NCBI GenBank assembly: GCA_051942205.1
Contig: JAVECO010000095.1
Coordinates: 1-64,000, forward strand
Length of the DNA stretch: 64,000 nucleotides
Reading direction: 5' to 3'
Source: Coniocarpon cinnabarinum
Lineage: Eukaryota
The notes under the pieces were generated by a model. It worked only from the letters and a program-made list of their open reading frames with translations, had not been told where the DNA came from and did not search any database. This document shows positions 1 through 12,800 of this stretch, piece by piece. A program made the translations under genes and the position numbers. Each line of letters begins with the position of its first letter. The first letter of the stretch is position 1.

Positions 1-1
1 G

Positions 2-109
2 AGTATGATGGGCGGGATGGGAAATATGGGCGGGATGATGCCTGGTATGGGAGGAGGAGGACAGCAAAGTGGTGGTGGTGGTGGCAGTGGAAGGGGACAG
101 AGGAGGTAG
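2..109 (+). CDS. 3' end of a gene truncated by the window edge; Met/Gly-rich tail, probably signal recognition particle subunit SRP54
   Basis: Frame reads SMMGGMGNMGGMMPGMGGGGQQSGGGGGSGRGQRR* (TAG 107-109). A GM-rich tail ending in GRxRR resembles fungal SRP54, but chaperonins and Hsp70 also have GGM tails. Confidence 0.5.
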   Translation, partial: SMMGGMGNMGGMMPGMGGGGQQSGGGGGSGRGQRR

Positions 110-694
110 CAGATCGACGAAGGGATACAAAGAGATTGGTAGTGAAGCGTTGACATTTGATTGACGATTTAGCGAGGCGTTGGATGGAGCATACTTTCTG
201 CATCATATCATTGATAGACATGGGCATATGACAAAGAGAATTCTAAGGTTTTGCTAGCTGAGACGTTGCCTTCGCGCTCGAAAGCTCGGTCATCTCAAGT
301 TGGACGTTAAAGTAAACGAGTTGTTGCTAGGCTTTGACACGATTGAGTGTAAGGACTCACTTAATGCCCTATTCTGCGTCTTGAAGCTGAGCACACGCAG
401 CATGGGCATCGAATCTCGATGTCCATTACGTTTTCAGACCGGCTGCTTCTGCTATTTGCCCTGTTACAGCTCCACGAACAACGCATGACAGTCTTGACGT
501 GCACACAAAATCATGAACGAACAATGGCCCAACATCTTGGAGACTAAAGTACAAAGTAACAAGGGATTCCATGCCTAAGACAATTATGGATGACTACACA
601 AAGCAAATTATCCTGATGAGTGTCTCCGAGCTCGCGAAATACAAATTACCTCCTTGAGGGCGCCAATGTTTCACTCAAAATTCAAGTGGAACTT

Positions 695-2301
695 TCAAGA
701 CCGCTCAATCCGGCGAGGTCTTCTTGATGATCTTGAATGAGTCAGCCTCTCTTCGCTTTCCGTTTCGCTGGGAAGCTCAATCACGGTCTGGCCCGTCTCT
801 GTCCGCATTTCATGTCTGACCATTTGGTGTCGCGCGGTGCCGCTCGTCGCATCTGGTGGAGCCAGGCGACTAGTTGCTTGCGAATTCGTTGGGCGTGGCA
901 CGGAGGCGGCGTGTCGCATCGAGTCAGATGTTCGCGGAAGAAAGTTGCCGGCAGCGGAACGCACATCAGAAGGCCCGTAAGGATCTAACCTGACGGCAGA
1001 AACACTTGCCAGGTGCGGTGTTTGTTGCGTAGGGACATGAACACCGCCGAACGCTGGGTTCGCGTTCACCCACAGATTGTGATCATCGGCATATGCAGGA
1101 TTTGCTGGAGGCTGGTGGTCCGGGTGATTGGGACACGTTGCGAGATGGCCTTGGCCGCCCCTCTTACGGAGTGCGGTGTAGAGTACCTGGAGCCCGGTTG
1201 TAAGCAGAGTCTTCGAAACAGATGCTCCGGTGCAGATATCTTGAGATATACAAAGTGATACAGGAAAACCATGGACTTTGGCGGGAACATACCAAACATT
1301 TCGAACAAAACTCTGTCTTGCATGTGTTGCAGGTCATATGGCTAGACACAACCGTTAGCAAGTCAGCCATAGAAGCTGGGAGCTTGGATAGCAGCAAGAT
1401 ACCTGCAGCCACCGTCCTGCTCAAACGGTACCGCACACTCGGGATTGGGGCACTTCTTCACGAAGTCCTGAAATCTTTTGTCCGTCATCCGCTCCTCTTT
1501 CCCATGCTTTTTCTGAAGTGAATTGAATTAGTTAAGAAGCTCCGACAGAAGCAAGTGGATGGATACTCACGGCCATAGCTTGCTGGACTTGACTACAGCT
1601 CTTGTTTGCGTGCCATGCTCCGCCACAGGCCACGCAGGAAACAAATGAGCACGCCTTACATTGCATCGGTTTCGACGAATCCTCATGAAGTTGGCCAGCA
1701 CTGCAGTGTGGCGACTGACAGAAGAAGAATTCAGGCTGATGGGCTTGTTCAGCACGATTCTTGACCTTCTTATAAAATTCGAAAGATTCCTTGCTGGCGT
1801 GCGTCTCTACATCAGAGACGGACATAGATTTGATGCAAATAGGACAGAAGATCTGTTGCGTCGGAGACGACCAGTTCTTCGTCGACATCTGAGCCTTGCA
1901 CCACGTTTGCATGCATTGTCGGCACACGACTTCCCTGTGCTTGCACTTGCTCGTGATCTTGTGCTCTGAGAAAGTGTCGGCGAGCTTTGACTCGGTGCAG
2001 ATGCCGCAGACCTTGCGCTGAATCTAAAGTTGTTGTAGTCAGTGGTGGCTGACGAAGGATCCCGTATACCCCTCCGCGTCTCTCCTGTCCGTAGCAACCC
2101 AGCGATGCATCTTCAGAGACCTACCTTCTTCTTGCTGGGCGCGGCAGCTTTGCGGGACTTGAGGGCGGCCGCAGCTTTAGATACGGGCTTTGAGGCCGCG
2201 GAGCCCATGTTGGGTGGTGTCTGAGAGGTTGGCTGGTCCTTGTCATTCGAAGGGCGAACGACTTTGCCCCCACTTCTGGGGCGAAGCTGACGGTCTGACA
2301 T
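695..2301 (-). CDS. RBR-type (RING1-IBR-RING2) E3 ubiquitin ligase, multi-exon
   Basis: ATG 2301 (MSDRQLRPR). RING1 CGICTE..CKHREVVCRQC..CPIC; IBR FCQSPHCSAGQLH..CKAC..SCVACGGAWH..C; RING2 KKCPNPEC..GGCSHMTCNTCKTEFCSKCL joined across GT-AG introns; last exon LYTALRKRGGQGHLATCPNH continues into ORF 695..1069. Confidence 0.85.
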
Positions 2302-3479
2302 GGACGGCAATGAATCACAAGGCACAAAGTTGAAAGGGCGCGAACCAATGTGAGAAGATGTTTTGAGTTTGGTGAGCTTGAAGCGGTAAAGTAAACAAGG
2401 CAGCAAGGCAGCAATCTTTGTGATAGGCAATGGCAGGCTGTGCTGATAGGTCAGGGCAACCGGAAACTGCAGGCGACAGGTAAGGTCGGTAAGTATCACG
2501 CGAACGAGGTTGGGACTTGGTTAATCACGTGTGAGGAGCAAGATGAAAGGGCAAACGCAGCACAAGTTCAAAGCGAACGCGCCAGGACTGATGAGCGTTG
2601 CTTCACCGGGTCCGAGTATGACGAAGTAAGGTATCTGGTACCTTCGCCGGGAGCTATTGCAAGTTTCGTCGTCCGGTAAGCTGTTTGAGAAAGCAAAGCA
2701 ACACCGGCGAACGCCAATGCTTCAGAAGCATCTCATTCTTGGAGTAGCGCGTCCAGCTTTTCCTGCTTTGTGGAGCTGGAGTGGAGCTGCAAAGGACGCA
2801 CGTAGTCGTTCGGGTATCCCCTATGGGTTCTCAGAGATCGTCCGAGGCTGCGATTTTCCAGACACAACGCAACATCGACCTCGTTCGAGTGTCAGGCGCT
2901 GGATAGCACAACACTCGCACCGTGGATGAGAAAGCTCAGAAAGCGCTGCGTCGATTTAGCCCGAATCTACGGGGATCCCAAGCTGCCCAGCTTAATGCGA
3001 TGTGATCGTCCTCAGATGATACTGAGATCGACTTCACCAAGGCGAAACGCAGAGAGTACTTATGTATGCAGGGGCATAGTTGCGCGTGTAGGACGCGTCG
3101 GTCAGCCTCCGGGTTTCCAAGCATGTGATAATGCCAAGAATGCTGAATATATGCTGAGAGGGCTTCCACACTGGAAGCAATCGCGACTTGACTACTTTAG
3201 AAAGTATCACAATGTCGATGAGGTATGTCACAATGAGTAATAAGACAAGACGTGTTTGCCTTGTCTGTCGGCCTGCAAAGACATGCACAGCTCTGAGTAA
3301 CCATGCAGGCACGTTCGAGTGGTCGTACCAGCGCTTCTCGTACGTCGTCAATCTTTATAAATTGCTGCGGTATCCTCAGCACTCCTCGAAGTCGATCACC
3401 ACGTATCGGCAAAAACACGCCCGCGAAACGAGCTCCGGGCTCAGCTGAAGCTACATCTAATACCGCTAATTCAACAAAC

Positions 3480-4160
3480 ATGGAGCCCACCTCTGCGTTC
3501 TTCTACGGTACTCTCATGTCGCCTCAGGTCCTGACACGCGTTACTTCTCGCCCACCGTCTGCGTTCAAGACCCGCGCAGCCCTTCTGCGAGATCACCGTC
3601 GCCACCGCGTCAAGGGTGCAGACTTTCCCGCTGTCGTTCCCGCTCGTGGTAGCGATGTGCGTGGAACTTATGTAGAAGGCCTAAACTCAAACGACATCTG
3701 GCGCTTGGACTTGTTCGAAGGTCCCATGTACGAGCGGCGAAACGTCAAGATACAGTTATTCAAAACCAAGGAAGGCAGCAACTCTGCGACGAACGCCAGC
3801 ACGAGCGCTGAGAACGCACCAAAACTGCCGCCAGGAACGCAGAGTCATGCTGGCAAACCGGTCACAACGGCGCCTGGTGAAGACGACTTCGAGTCAGGTG
3901 AGGTAGAGACCACCACCTACATCTGGACCGATCCGATAGAGTTGCTTGAGCCGGCAGAATGGGATTTTGCCGAGTTCGTCAGGGAGAAGCTGTGGCGCTG
4001 GGCAGGCACTCATGCTGAGGCGGAAGGGGAGTATGCCGAAGTTGACGAAGCTGTGAACGAAGCCAATGGTGAAGCAATGGAGATGGATGAAGATCCTACT
4101 CGAGGTCGAGCCGTCGGTGGAGCGTTCGACGAAAAGCTGAAGCAAGGACCGCCGACTTAG
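3480..4160 (+). CDS. AIG2-like gamma-glutamylcyclotransferase-family protein
   Basis: MEPTSAFFYGTLM motif, VKGADFPAV, LDLFEG..YERR, EWDFAEF. Confidence 0.88.
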   Translation: MEPTSAFFYGTLMSPQVLTRVTSRPPSAFKTRAALLRDHRRHRVKGADFPAVVPARGSDVRGTYVEGLNSNDIWRLDLFEGPMYERRNVKIQLFKTKEGSNSATNASTSAENAPKLPPGTQSHAGKPVTTAPGEDDFESGEVETTTYIWTDPIELLEPAEWDFAEFVREKLWRWAGTHAEAEGEYAEVDEAVNEANGEAMEMDEDPTRGRAVGGAFDEKLKQGPPT

Positions 4161-4491
4161 CCCTACCGAGGAATGAACGTGTACGGCACCTCCTAACGCA
4201 TACGTAAGTCGGTGAGTTTATACTCTGCGCATCAAGCATGAACAACGAGGATGCGTGTCAGTGGAATGAAGAATGAAGGTAGAAGATGCAATAGCTCATG
4301 ACCATTGGTGATTCTATTCACGATAGTCGTGCTCGCTAGTCTAGCAGTCATGAGATAGAGCTCATTGGAAACCTAAAGCTGCTGCAGGCAATAGGTCGAC
4401 ATACGTGTGACTAATTGTGCCGTAGCGAGATGTGTGATGCCGCATTGACTGTGCAACCATGTGCCTCAGTCAGCCAGCTCAGATGACCCAA

Positions 4492-5024
4492 CTAGTAGCG
4501 GTTGTCGCCGTAGTCGTCAGCATATCGCTGGCAGAAGTTGTCGTGACGCTCGTTGTAGTTGCTGTTGCCGTAGTCGTCGCCAAACTGGTTGTTGAGAGCA
4601 CGGGGAGCGTCGGAGTTGGGCTTCCAGTTGTTGCTCTGATCCTGGTCGGTGTAGTGCTGATCATAAAGATCACGGGCGTGCTGTTTGGCGTCCTCTCTGG
4701 CGCGGTCATGGTCCTCCCACTTCTCCTGACCCCACTTGTCGACCTCGGCAGCCGCCGCGGCAGCGGCCATCTCCTTGAGAAAGCCGTGCTTGACTTCCTT
4801 GCCCTCCTTGCGCTGGTGGTCTTCGACCATCTTCATGCCCATGAAGCCGGCAGCACCGACGCCAAACTCTTGCATCTTGCTGGGGTCATGCTCGTATTCC
4901 TGAGAGTTGTTGTAGGCCTGCTGGCTAGAGTCTGACGTCAAGATTAGCCTTTGAATGAAGCAGAGAGCTATTGTGGTTCTCTGTAGTCGTTGACAAGGAA
5001 CTTACCCCAGTCCATGCCAAACAT
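4492..5024 (-). CDS. CipC-like (DUF3759) small protein, 2 exons
   Basis: Exon 1 MFGMDW followed by GTAAGT donor; exon 2 has GAAGFMGMKMVEDHQRKEGKEVKHGFLKEMAAAAAAAEVDK..RAREDAKQHARDLYDQHY, typical of CipC family. Confidence 0.8.
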
Positions 5025-5907
5025 CTTGAGTACGTGTGTGAAGGTTGGCTGCTAAGGTAGTTGCAAGGATGGGTATGTGTAGAGTGATGAAGCAGATCTA
5101 GTTAATTTGTATGTGATTAGAGAAAGGTCAGTGAAAGAGAAGGAAAGGTGTAGGATATATATATTTGTCCCACGTACAAGGTGAAACAGTGACGCCGCCA
5201 TTCCAGCCTTTGCACAGCGTGGGCAAGCGAGCGGAGCCCCACTGCACATACGTAACCCGCTCGACGTTTCGGCGCACTTGCAGCAACGATCGTCACCTGC
5301 AGCCTGCGCTTCAGCCCACCGCGACCGGTCAGGATCCTTGCGGCGTGGCGAGCTACGTGCGCTAGGAGCTGCTGGCGTTTCGCCGTGTTCCAGATTCGCA
5401 ACAACGAGCCCGCTGGGACGAATCGACAGTGTGGGGCAGTGGTGTAGCGCTGGCGTCACGCATCGCAAGGTCTGAACCACCCGCGAGGTGGTTTGTTGGC
5501 GCCTCTTCACCTATATTGTAACCGAAAGGCTTGTCAAAGTCGCACTCAAGCGTTCTTGACGCCTACGGCAACTAAGGTCTTGTCTTTCTGCCCCAATCTG
5601 CCAATGGCAGCTTGGCAGGAACAGATCGTGACGCCCATCCCACACCACGACTCTGATTCGCCGTTTGGCTATGCACTTAGCCACAGTCCCACAGAGGCCG
5701 CCAGCAGACTAGAGGCTAGCATTAAACCTAGTCCCAACTTCTTCAGGTTCCAAGGACCTGATCACTTACCTGTCAACGCGATTCAACGCGATTCAACGCT
5801 GTCTGGCTCAGCCACAAGTGACGTACTGTGGCGCAGCACATAATTCTGTGTCCATCCGATCGCATCTCCAGACATCGCCAAAAACTACTGTTTATCGTAG
5901 CGTATTG

Positions 5908-6645
5908 ATGGCACGGCAAACGCCAAAGCTTCCTGTCGAGGATGACTTCCCCAGCAAATGCATTGTCAAGATTTACCCAGCTGGTGATGGCAAGCCGGCA
6001 GCCAACGCCATTCTCATGCTTCACGGCCTAGGTGATTCAGCCGCCAACTTCGCTGTTCTAGGCCAGCGCATGAACTTGCCCGAGACTGTCACTGTTGCTA
6101 TACAAGGACCAGCCGCACTACCGTTTGACCTCGGTGGGTATCATTGGGGCGATGATATTACCTTCGATCAGGCTACCAGCCACATGGACATAGACACCGG
6201 GTTTAGCAAGTCTGCGACTGTTGTCAGACAGGTGATTGACCGGGTCTTGGTGGAAGCATGTGGCTTTCAGCGGCGACGTATCCATGTGTTTGGATTGGGA
6301 CAAGGAGGAATGGTAGCCCTGAGTGTAGCCCAACTGCTAGCTGATGAAGAGTTAGGGGGTGTGGTCAGCCTGGGTGGTCCCCTACCTGCAGAGAACTCTA
6401 ATCGAGATCAAACCAAATCCCCCACTCCCGTGCTCGTCGCTCATGGATCATCTCAGACCGCCGTCACAATCAACGCAGCTAAGATGCTGAAGGCGGCCTT
6501 TGCGACCGTCAAGTTCCATCGATGGGATAGATCTGGAGATGGTATGCCATCAAATCGCCAAGAGATGCTGCCCGTCATGCAATTTCTGGCACAAAGGCTT
6601 CAGAGCTATGCAGGTGTCCCATCTGAAGCGATAGAAATCGTGTAA
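5908..6645 (+). CDS. Phospholipase/carboxylesterase-family (Abhydrolase_2) protein
   Basis: ILMLHGLGDS, FGLGQGGMVAL, GGVVSLGGPL, PVLVAHGS, DGMP..EMLPVMQF. Confidence 0.85.
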   Translation: MARQTPKLPVEDDFPSKCIVKIYPAGDGKPAANAILMLHGLGDSAANFAVLGQRMNLPETVTVAIQGPAALPFDLGGYHWGDDITFDQATSHMDIDTGFSKSATVVRQVIDRVLVEACGFQRRRIHVFGLGQGGMVALSVAQLLADEELGGVVSLGGPLPAENSNRDQTKSPTPVLVAHGSSQTAVTINAAKMLKAAFATVKFHRWDRSGDGMPSNRQEMLPVMQFLAQRLQSYAGVPSEAIEIV

Positions 6646-6992
6646 TGGATTTCAGAGCGCTTTCGCGCACCGCAAGGTCTGTGAGAAGAAGTGTTTGCCA
6701 GACCTTGCAACTGATTTCACACATGTAGCGAGCAGCAAGTCAAGGCACTGAGCCCTTGCACAGGGACGTTTCGAGCTACGAAACGATAAGGGTGACTGCG
6801 AAAGCCCCGCATGCCTTGGGATGCACAGAACCGTGTTGCGATGAGTGCTTTCCAGCAAAGTTTTGCTGCAATGCAGTACATGCAGTATTTGGTGGGGCGA
6901 TTCAAAGCGTGCTTGATTCGATCGGAAGTGGAGTTTCTTCTACTCATACATGTGCCGTCCGGCTTTGTGAGTGGGAACGTTTTCTCTTGTCT

Positions 6993-7702
6993 TCACGGAG
7001 ACTTGCGTTTGAAGAACCACGCTCGCAACCTATTCGCAGGTCGAAGAATGAACACTCTGGCAAACCAAGGCGAGGCCCACACACTTAGGGGAATACGCAA
7101 CGGAAGGAGGACCTTGGTGATAGCCCAAGCTGTCGCTAATCTGGTTCAGTGCATACGCGTCAGTCTAGAGTGAAACATTCGAGCTTTGAGTGGGTGACTC
7201 ACTCAACAACAATCCGTGTGCCTGTTTCGCTTCTTCGCCACCAACGATCCTTGAACTTTTGCGGCTTATTGGGATCATTCCCTGTCTTAATCCAGCCTTT
7301 TCGACGAAAGTAATTACCAAACTTTTGCACTCCGTCACTAACCCATTTCCAATCACTGATATATGGTGGAAGCCAGTTGAAATAATGGAACGAGGCGGTA
7401 AGCGAGATCAACGGTACGATAGCGGTCACCTCATGTAGAATTAGGAACGCCGATATGTGTGAGACAGGTGCATTCTTCAAAGCCAGGGTATATCGGGACA
7501 GCCAGCTGGGTACTATATAACCGTCAGGGATCTCAAAGGAGCGCTTGAATGGCGAACTTTACTGACGACGGTCATTGATGCGGTCAAAGCGAGACTTCTT
7601 CTCCACCTCGGTCGAGGCAAAGCGTGTGAGACGAGTGAGTGACTTTTGTTGCATGCGGAGCAAATGAGTCCTGAAAAGACCGAATCTAGCAATGTGCGAC
7701 AT
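6993..7702 (-). CDS. MRX11: Mitochondrial FLILHELTA-domain protein (MRX11-like), 3 exons
   Basis: Arg-rich presequence MSHIARFGLFRTHLLR; SAFLILHEVTAIVPL motif; last exon LATAWAITKVLLPLRIPLSVWASPWFAR..KRKSP* (TGA 6995-6993). Confidence 0.82.
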
Positions 7703-8525
7703 AGTCTCTGTAATGCGAGGTTTCAGAAACCAATTAGATATTCGCACAGGCGGAGATACGTTTGTATCCAGGTTCAAACTATGTATGAATATCAGTGAAA
7801 CAAACACGGCCCATTTGATTGCTACATCTCCAATGCCGAGTCTCAGACTTTGCCATTCAACTTCAAGCTCAACCACTTAAATGCAAAGTCGCACGTGTAG
7901 AAGCCGCGGCTGAGTTATTCAAGATTACCAGAGTATAGAGCTCATCATAGATGTAATGCAATGTCGTGGAAAGTGACAATGACTCACCTTTCGACAAAAA
8001 TGTGTCCCAGCTTTCAGGTCGTTGCCGTATCATGGTAGCCAGCATTCATGCGACCCTCACGGCAACGGTTTTAAAGATGGTTCATCTATCTTGACCTGTC
8101 CTTCGGAGCCGCCAGTCGAGTGCTCTGGATTGACAACTGACGGAGATTTGAGTTGACGGTCTTGCTGTTGAAAGCGAAAAAGAACGATGTTTCTGGTATT
8201 CCTGGCACGGCAAGGCGGTGGCGCGGTTGGGCAGGGTCATATACCCGCGCCAAGTAGCCTGACAACGCTCTGGACGGGCGACGTTGATGGGACAAGTTAC
8301 CGAAGGTCACCGCACAGCAAGACACATTCTCCTAGTCGCCTAATTTTTGACGACAAATGTGTCTATCGATACCGACCCTCAAGTTTGAATTACTAGGAAT
8401 ACCGTAATGCAATGCGCATGAGCTTCAGTCTATGAACTTCTGTAATAGCAAAACGAATTCATTCCGCAGAGTACGACTTCACTGAGTCTACTCGTGAGCG
8501 TCTCAGATCGCCTTTTGAGCTATTC

Positions 8526-9639
8526 ATGGACCGAGGCAATTTGTGGACCAGGCGTTCGAAGTATGAGCATCATTAGTGCATGCTTGTTGTCATAAGCTGA
8601 CTTGCCTGCGAGACAAAGCACAGATCTCTCCAGGGATAACTCAGGACGGCCATTGGCCAGAACCCGTGTGTCGTCTGGCGACTTTGGCACCGATCGTCCC
8701 TCGTTATCAAATGGCGTTACGCCTCTGAATACCAAGAATACAGCCACATCCGGCAAGTCCTCTGCTTTCGGTCTTGGCTCAGGCGCTTTCGCATCTTTTG
8801 GCTCGGCGAGCAAGACTCCCAAAACCCCTGGCTCTGCCTTCGACTGGGGCAAAACAAGTGTCAATCCTCCCACACCTGCCACCGATGCTGAAAGAGCAAC
8901 AAAGACGCCAGGAAGAGCTTCATCAATATCGCACCATGATCGTCGCACGCAGCTTGACAAGCTCGAAGAGCCGGAAGGCGAGATGCCATTAAAGTCAGCA
9001 TGGGTCATGTGGTACAGACCACCGGCGGCAAAGAACTCCGATTACGAAAAATCCATCAAGCCGGTGTACAGAGTTGCTGCTGCGCAAGACTTTTGGCGTG
9101 TATATGCGCATCTCAAGCGTCCATCAGCTCTTCCAACCGTGTCTGACTATCATTTCTTCAAAGACGGAATACGCCCGGTTTGGGAGGATGAGCAGAACAA
9201 AAGGGGTGGCAAATGGATCATGCGGCTGAAGAAAGGTGTCATAGACCGATATTGGGAAGAGCTCTTGTTGACTACCATTGGCGATCAATTTCTCGAGGCT
9301 GGCGAGGAAGTTTGCGGGATGGTGGTCAGCGTGAGAAGTGGGGAGGACGTAATCAGCATCTGGACGAAAATGGATGGTGGACGTAACGTAAAGATACGGT
9401 TTGTGCACTTGAGAGTTTCCTCATATTATGTAAGGCTGACTTGGATCAGGGAAACCGTGAAACGCGTGCTGGACCTGCCTGCGGATACGAATATAGTATG
9501 GAAAAGTCACGATGATAGCATTGCCCAGAGGTCAGCTATCGATCAAGCTAGGCAGGAGAAAGGAAATGCTGAGAAGAGGCGTAATACCCTGACGCTGAAC
9601 GAAAGTGGAAATTTCGGGAAGGAGAAACCCCTCACTTAA
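8526..9639 (+). CDS. Translation initiation factor eIF4E family, class II (4EHP-like), 3 exons
   Basis: Exon 1 MDRGNLWTRRS then GTATGA donor; core WVMWY, DFWRVY, DYHFFKDGIRPVWEDEQNKRGGKW, YWEELLL..IGDQF, VSVRSGEDVISIW; short intron about 9399-9449. Confidence 0.92.
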
Positions 9640-9873
9640 ATCGTGTAGGTGAAGACACGATGCTTTGTATGATATCAAACTAGGTCACAGGAGACACCGT
9701 GTTGGATTCGCGGACTCAACTCGTACTTGCGCACCGACGTCTTCCAACGATCTTTTGTCACGAACGAAGAGTGCACTTAGACATGTTTGCAAAGCGTGAT
9801 CGTTTCCTTCTTACGGGATCAGACCAAGTTGAGGTCCTGTGACAACTACAGTCTTCAAGGGCTGCGGGTGGAT

Positions 9874-12800
9874 ATGGATTCATTGTTACCCTCTGCCTCC
9901 TTTTCCTCTTACCTGTGTCGCAATGTAGAGGCTCCGGATGCTTTCAACACTTCAGATACCGCTGAAGAGATCACCCGCTCAATGGGCGCACTCACATCTT
10001 GCGAGCAAATGATCGACAAGACTGATCGCAAGAATGATGCAACGCGACATTTGAGTGAGGTCAATGTGAGGTGTCCGATAACTCCGGTCACTGATTCGGT
10101 AGCCCGCAATGCACAAGAGGAATTGGGTGTGCAACTTGCTCAGGATGCTTGTGTTACAGCAGGGCCGAACGCTTTGAATGGTGTCGTAACGTCTGGGCAG
10201 TCTGCAGAAAAGTACCGTCATTCTTCTGCACCGCCGCGTTCTAAACCACGCACTCAACGCGCCAGCGGTGTGACCACTTCTCAGTTCAACAATCTACTTG
10301 TTAGCGACCAGGAAGTCGACACTTCCGGACACGATTTTTCTACGGATCTCTTGCCGGCGAGTGATACTGAATGTCGTCGGTGTGACTCTGAGAGTTACCC
10401 TTTCGAGCCACCTGCACGCGGAGATGAGCGTCGACCTTCCTCCGCACCCCTCAATGACATGGCCTATGTGAGACGCTGAGAGCAGGAGATCCTACTCCTC
10501 TGGTGCTGACATCAACGACAGGGTCAGAAGGGAGCTTTCGCTCCAGCGAATACGCTCGACTCCTCACACGCATTCTCAAGAACCCAATCACCCAAGTTCA
10601 TGTCAAAATCTAAGATCACGTCCAAGGTAGCATCGCCGCCAGCGTCTGAGTCTCGCAAAGGGACTATTGCGCAAGAACATGGGATTCGTTGGGGTTCTCA
10701 TGTTGAGGGACCTCCTCGCAAGAAACAAAAGGGTCAACAAGGTGATCATTCAAACGTTGTGGAAACCCCGCCAAGTGAACCGGGCTTGCCCAGCATCAGC
10801 TCTGAGTCGTCCCGGAGATCATCAGCAACAGCCTTGGACGGGAAGTCCTCGCCCAGAAGACGCCAAAGGAAACGGGGTGAGACACTCTTTGGTGGCCCCA
10901 ATACTCAAGCTCGAATCGACAAGAGGATGGATTCAAAATCCAAAAAGCCTTTGCGGCCGCCCTCGCCTGCTGGCATCCAAAGACAAGGCTTCGAAGAGTT
11001 GCCAAATGGACAGACATACTCCATTCAGTGTCTGAAGCGGACCAAAGATGATTACGACTGCAAGGATGAGCTTGGGGACGACATAGAAGAAATGCCAGAC
11101 CCGAAGGCTGTAGACCATAGCCAATTTCATGCACTAAGGCGTCAAAAGCCGGATCAGCAACGGAGTCTCCGTCTCGCGCCGGCACAAACAATGAGGGTTA
11201 TCGATCCAGGAGACGGGTTCAAAACTTTCGCACGAGACAGCGGCAAACTTCGCCAACGATTTGTCAGAGATCATGCCGTCTACGAGTTACCGGCCGATGA
11301 CGAAGAGGACGAGCTGAATGGATCAGGGCTTATCATGGCTCAAACCGGGACACGCGCGGCAAGTAATGCGGCCAGCATAAGCAAAAGCAAATCAGCCGTG
11401 GCCTTGGGCGGTGAATCTCTGGGAAGTTCGACTACACGAGAGCGGGCTCAACAGGATTTACCACCGTCAGACATCAAACCTTCCGTGTTGACACCGTCAC
11501 GAGGTAAAGCTCGTAGCAATGTACGGAAACTGCCCGCCTTAGACGTCACCAAGTACCCTCTTAAAGCCTACTACAATACAAGAGGAACCCGTGGTCCAGA
11601 CCCATCGCTCAAACTCAAACTGGAAGTCAAAGAAGGTGATCCTAAGTGGCGGGTGAGGTCTAGAGAGTCCATACTGGAGGTAGACACCTCCGAAGTTGCA
11701 AAGGTTCACTGTGGTGACATGAAGTCTACACGACTCCATTTCGATGGACGTATCAGAGATGGTTTCAAGACTGTATGGCACCATTTCGTATTTCCCGATA
11801 CTAATGTGCAGATGGACTTCCTCAGCCATCGAATCCATGGCTACTTTGATGGTACCACGCTTCAAACAACAAATGACAGACGGCTGGAAAAGATATTGGA
11901 AAATGCTCAGAAAGGCTTTGGTGACACACAAGATGCGACACGCAAGAAAAAGAAACGGTCACCCGAGCCAAGTCCCAAACAGTATCAGAAAATGAGCGAA
12001 TCACAAAATGGTGGCGGGCAGGCTAGTCGAAGCCATGACCCGAAGCGCAAGAAAATGCGAGAATCATTGCGAGCTGGCAGCGATGAACCTGCATCTACGG
12101 AAGTAAGCGGTATTAAGTACGATATCACGCCCAGTATACAACCTACGGAAACCAGGCGTAGCACTCGTAAAACCGCATCCAAGGTAACGGCTCTCAACAA
12201 TAAAGCGACAGCCGAAGTGCCATCATCGCCTGTAGCGAAGAAATTCTCCGAGCAATTTGGATTAGGATCGTTATGGCAAAACCCACTTGTGTTTCCTCGA
12301 AAAGGTTCTGACAAGGCGACCGTTGATTTTGACGACCTCCTCAAGCTTGATGAGGAAGAGTTCCTGAACGATAATATTGTGGCATTCTGCTTACAGTATG
12401 CAAAGGCTTTGAGTATCAAGGAATCTGGGCGAGTCGTTATCTTTAACACGTTTTTCTATCAGCAGTTGACCTCAAATATTCCCAAAGGACAGAGCATAAA
12501 CTATGAAGCGGTGAAAAGGTGGACAAATAAGACGAAGATCTTTGAAGGCGGATGTGACCACGTCATTGTGCCTATCAACGAATCCCTGCACTGGTATGTC
12601 GCCATTATTTGTAACATCTCCCATTTGCAACGTCACCCTCTGGGCCTTGATGACGGCGATGAACATGACTTAGACCTGGAGGGTAGGCCTGGTTCCTCGC
12701 CAACCAATGCTGTCGAGCTACCTGACTTGGCGAAAGCCGGAAGTTCAGAAAGCGAGGGCGATCCCAAAGTCTTGAACGGAGAGCTTGCAGAGCATACCGA

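Noticed and set aside
2657..3240. Short + strand ORFs upstream of the GGCT gene
   Set aside because: No recognisable motif or convincing splice model.
4459..4935. Hydrophobic 158-aa + strand ORF
   Set aside because: Antisense shadow of the CipC-like gene.
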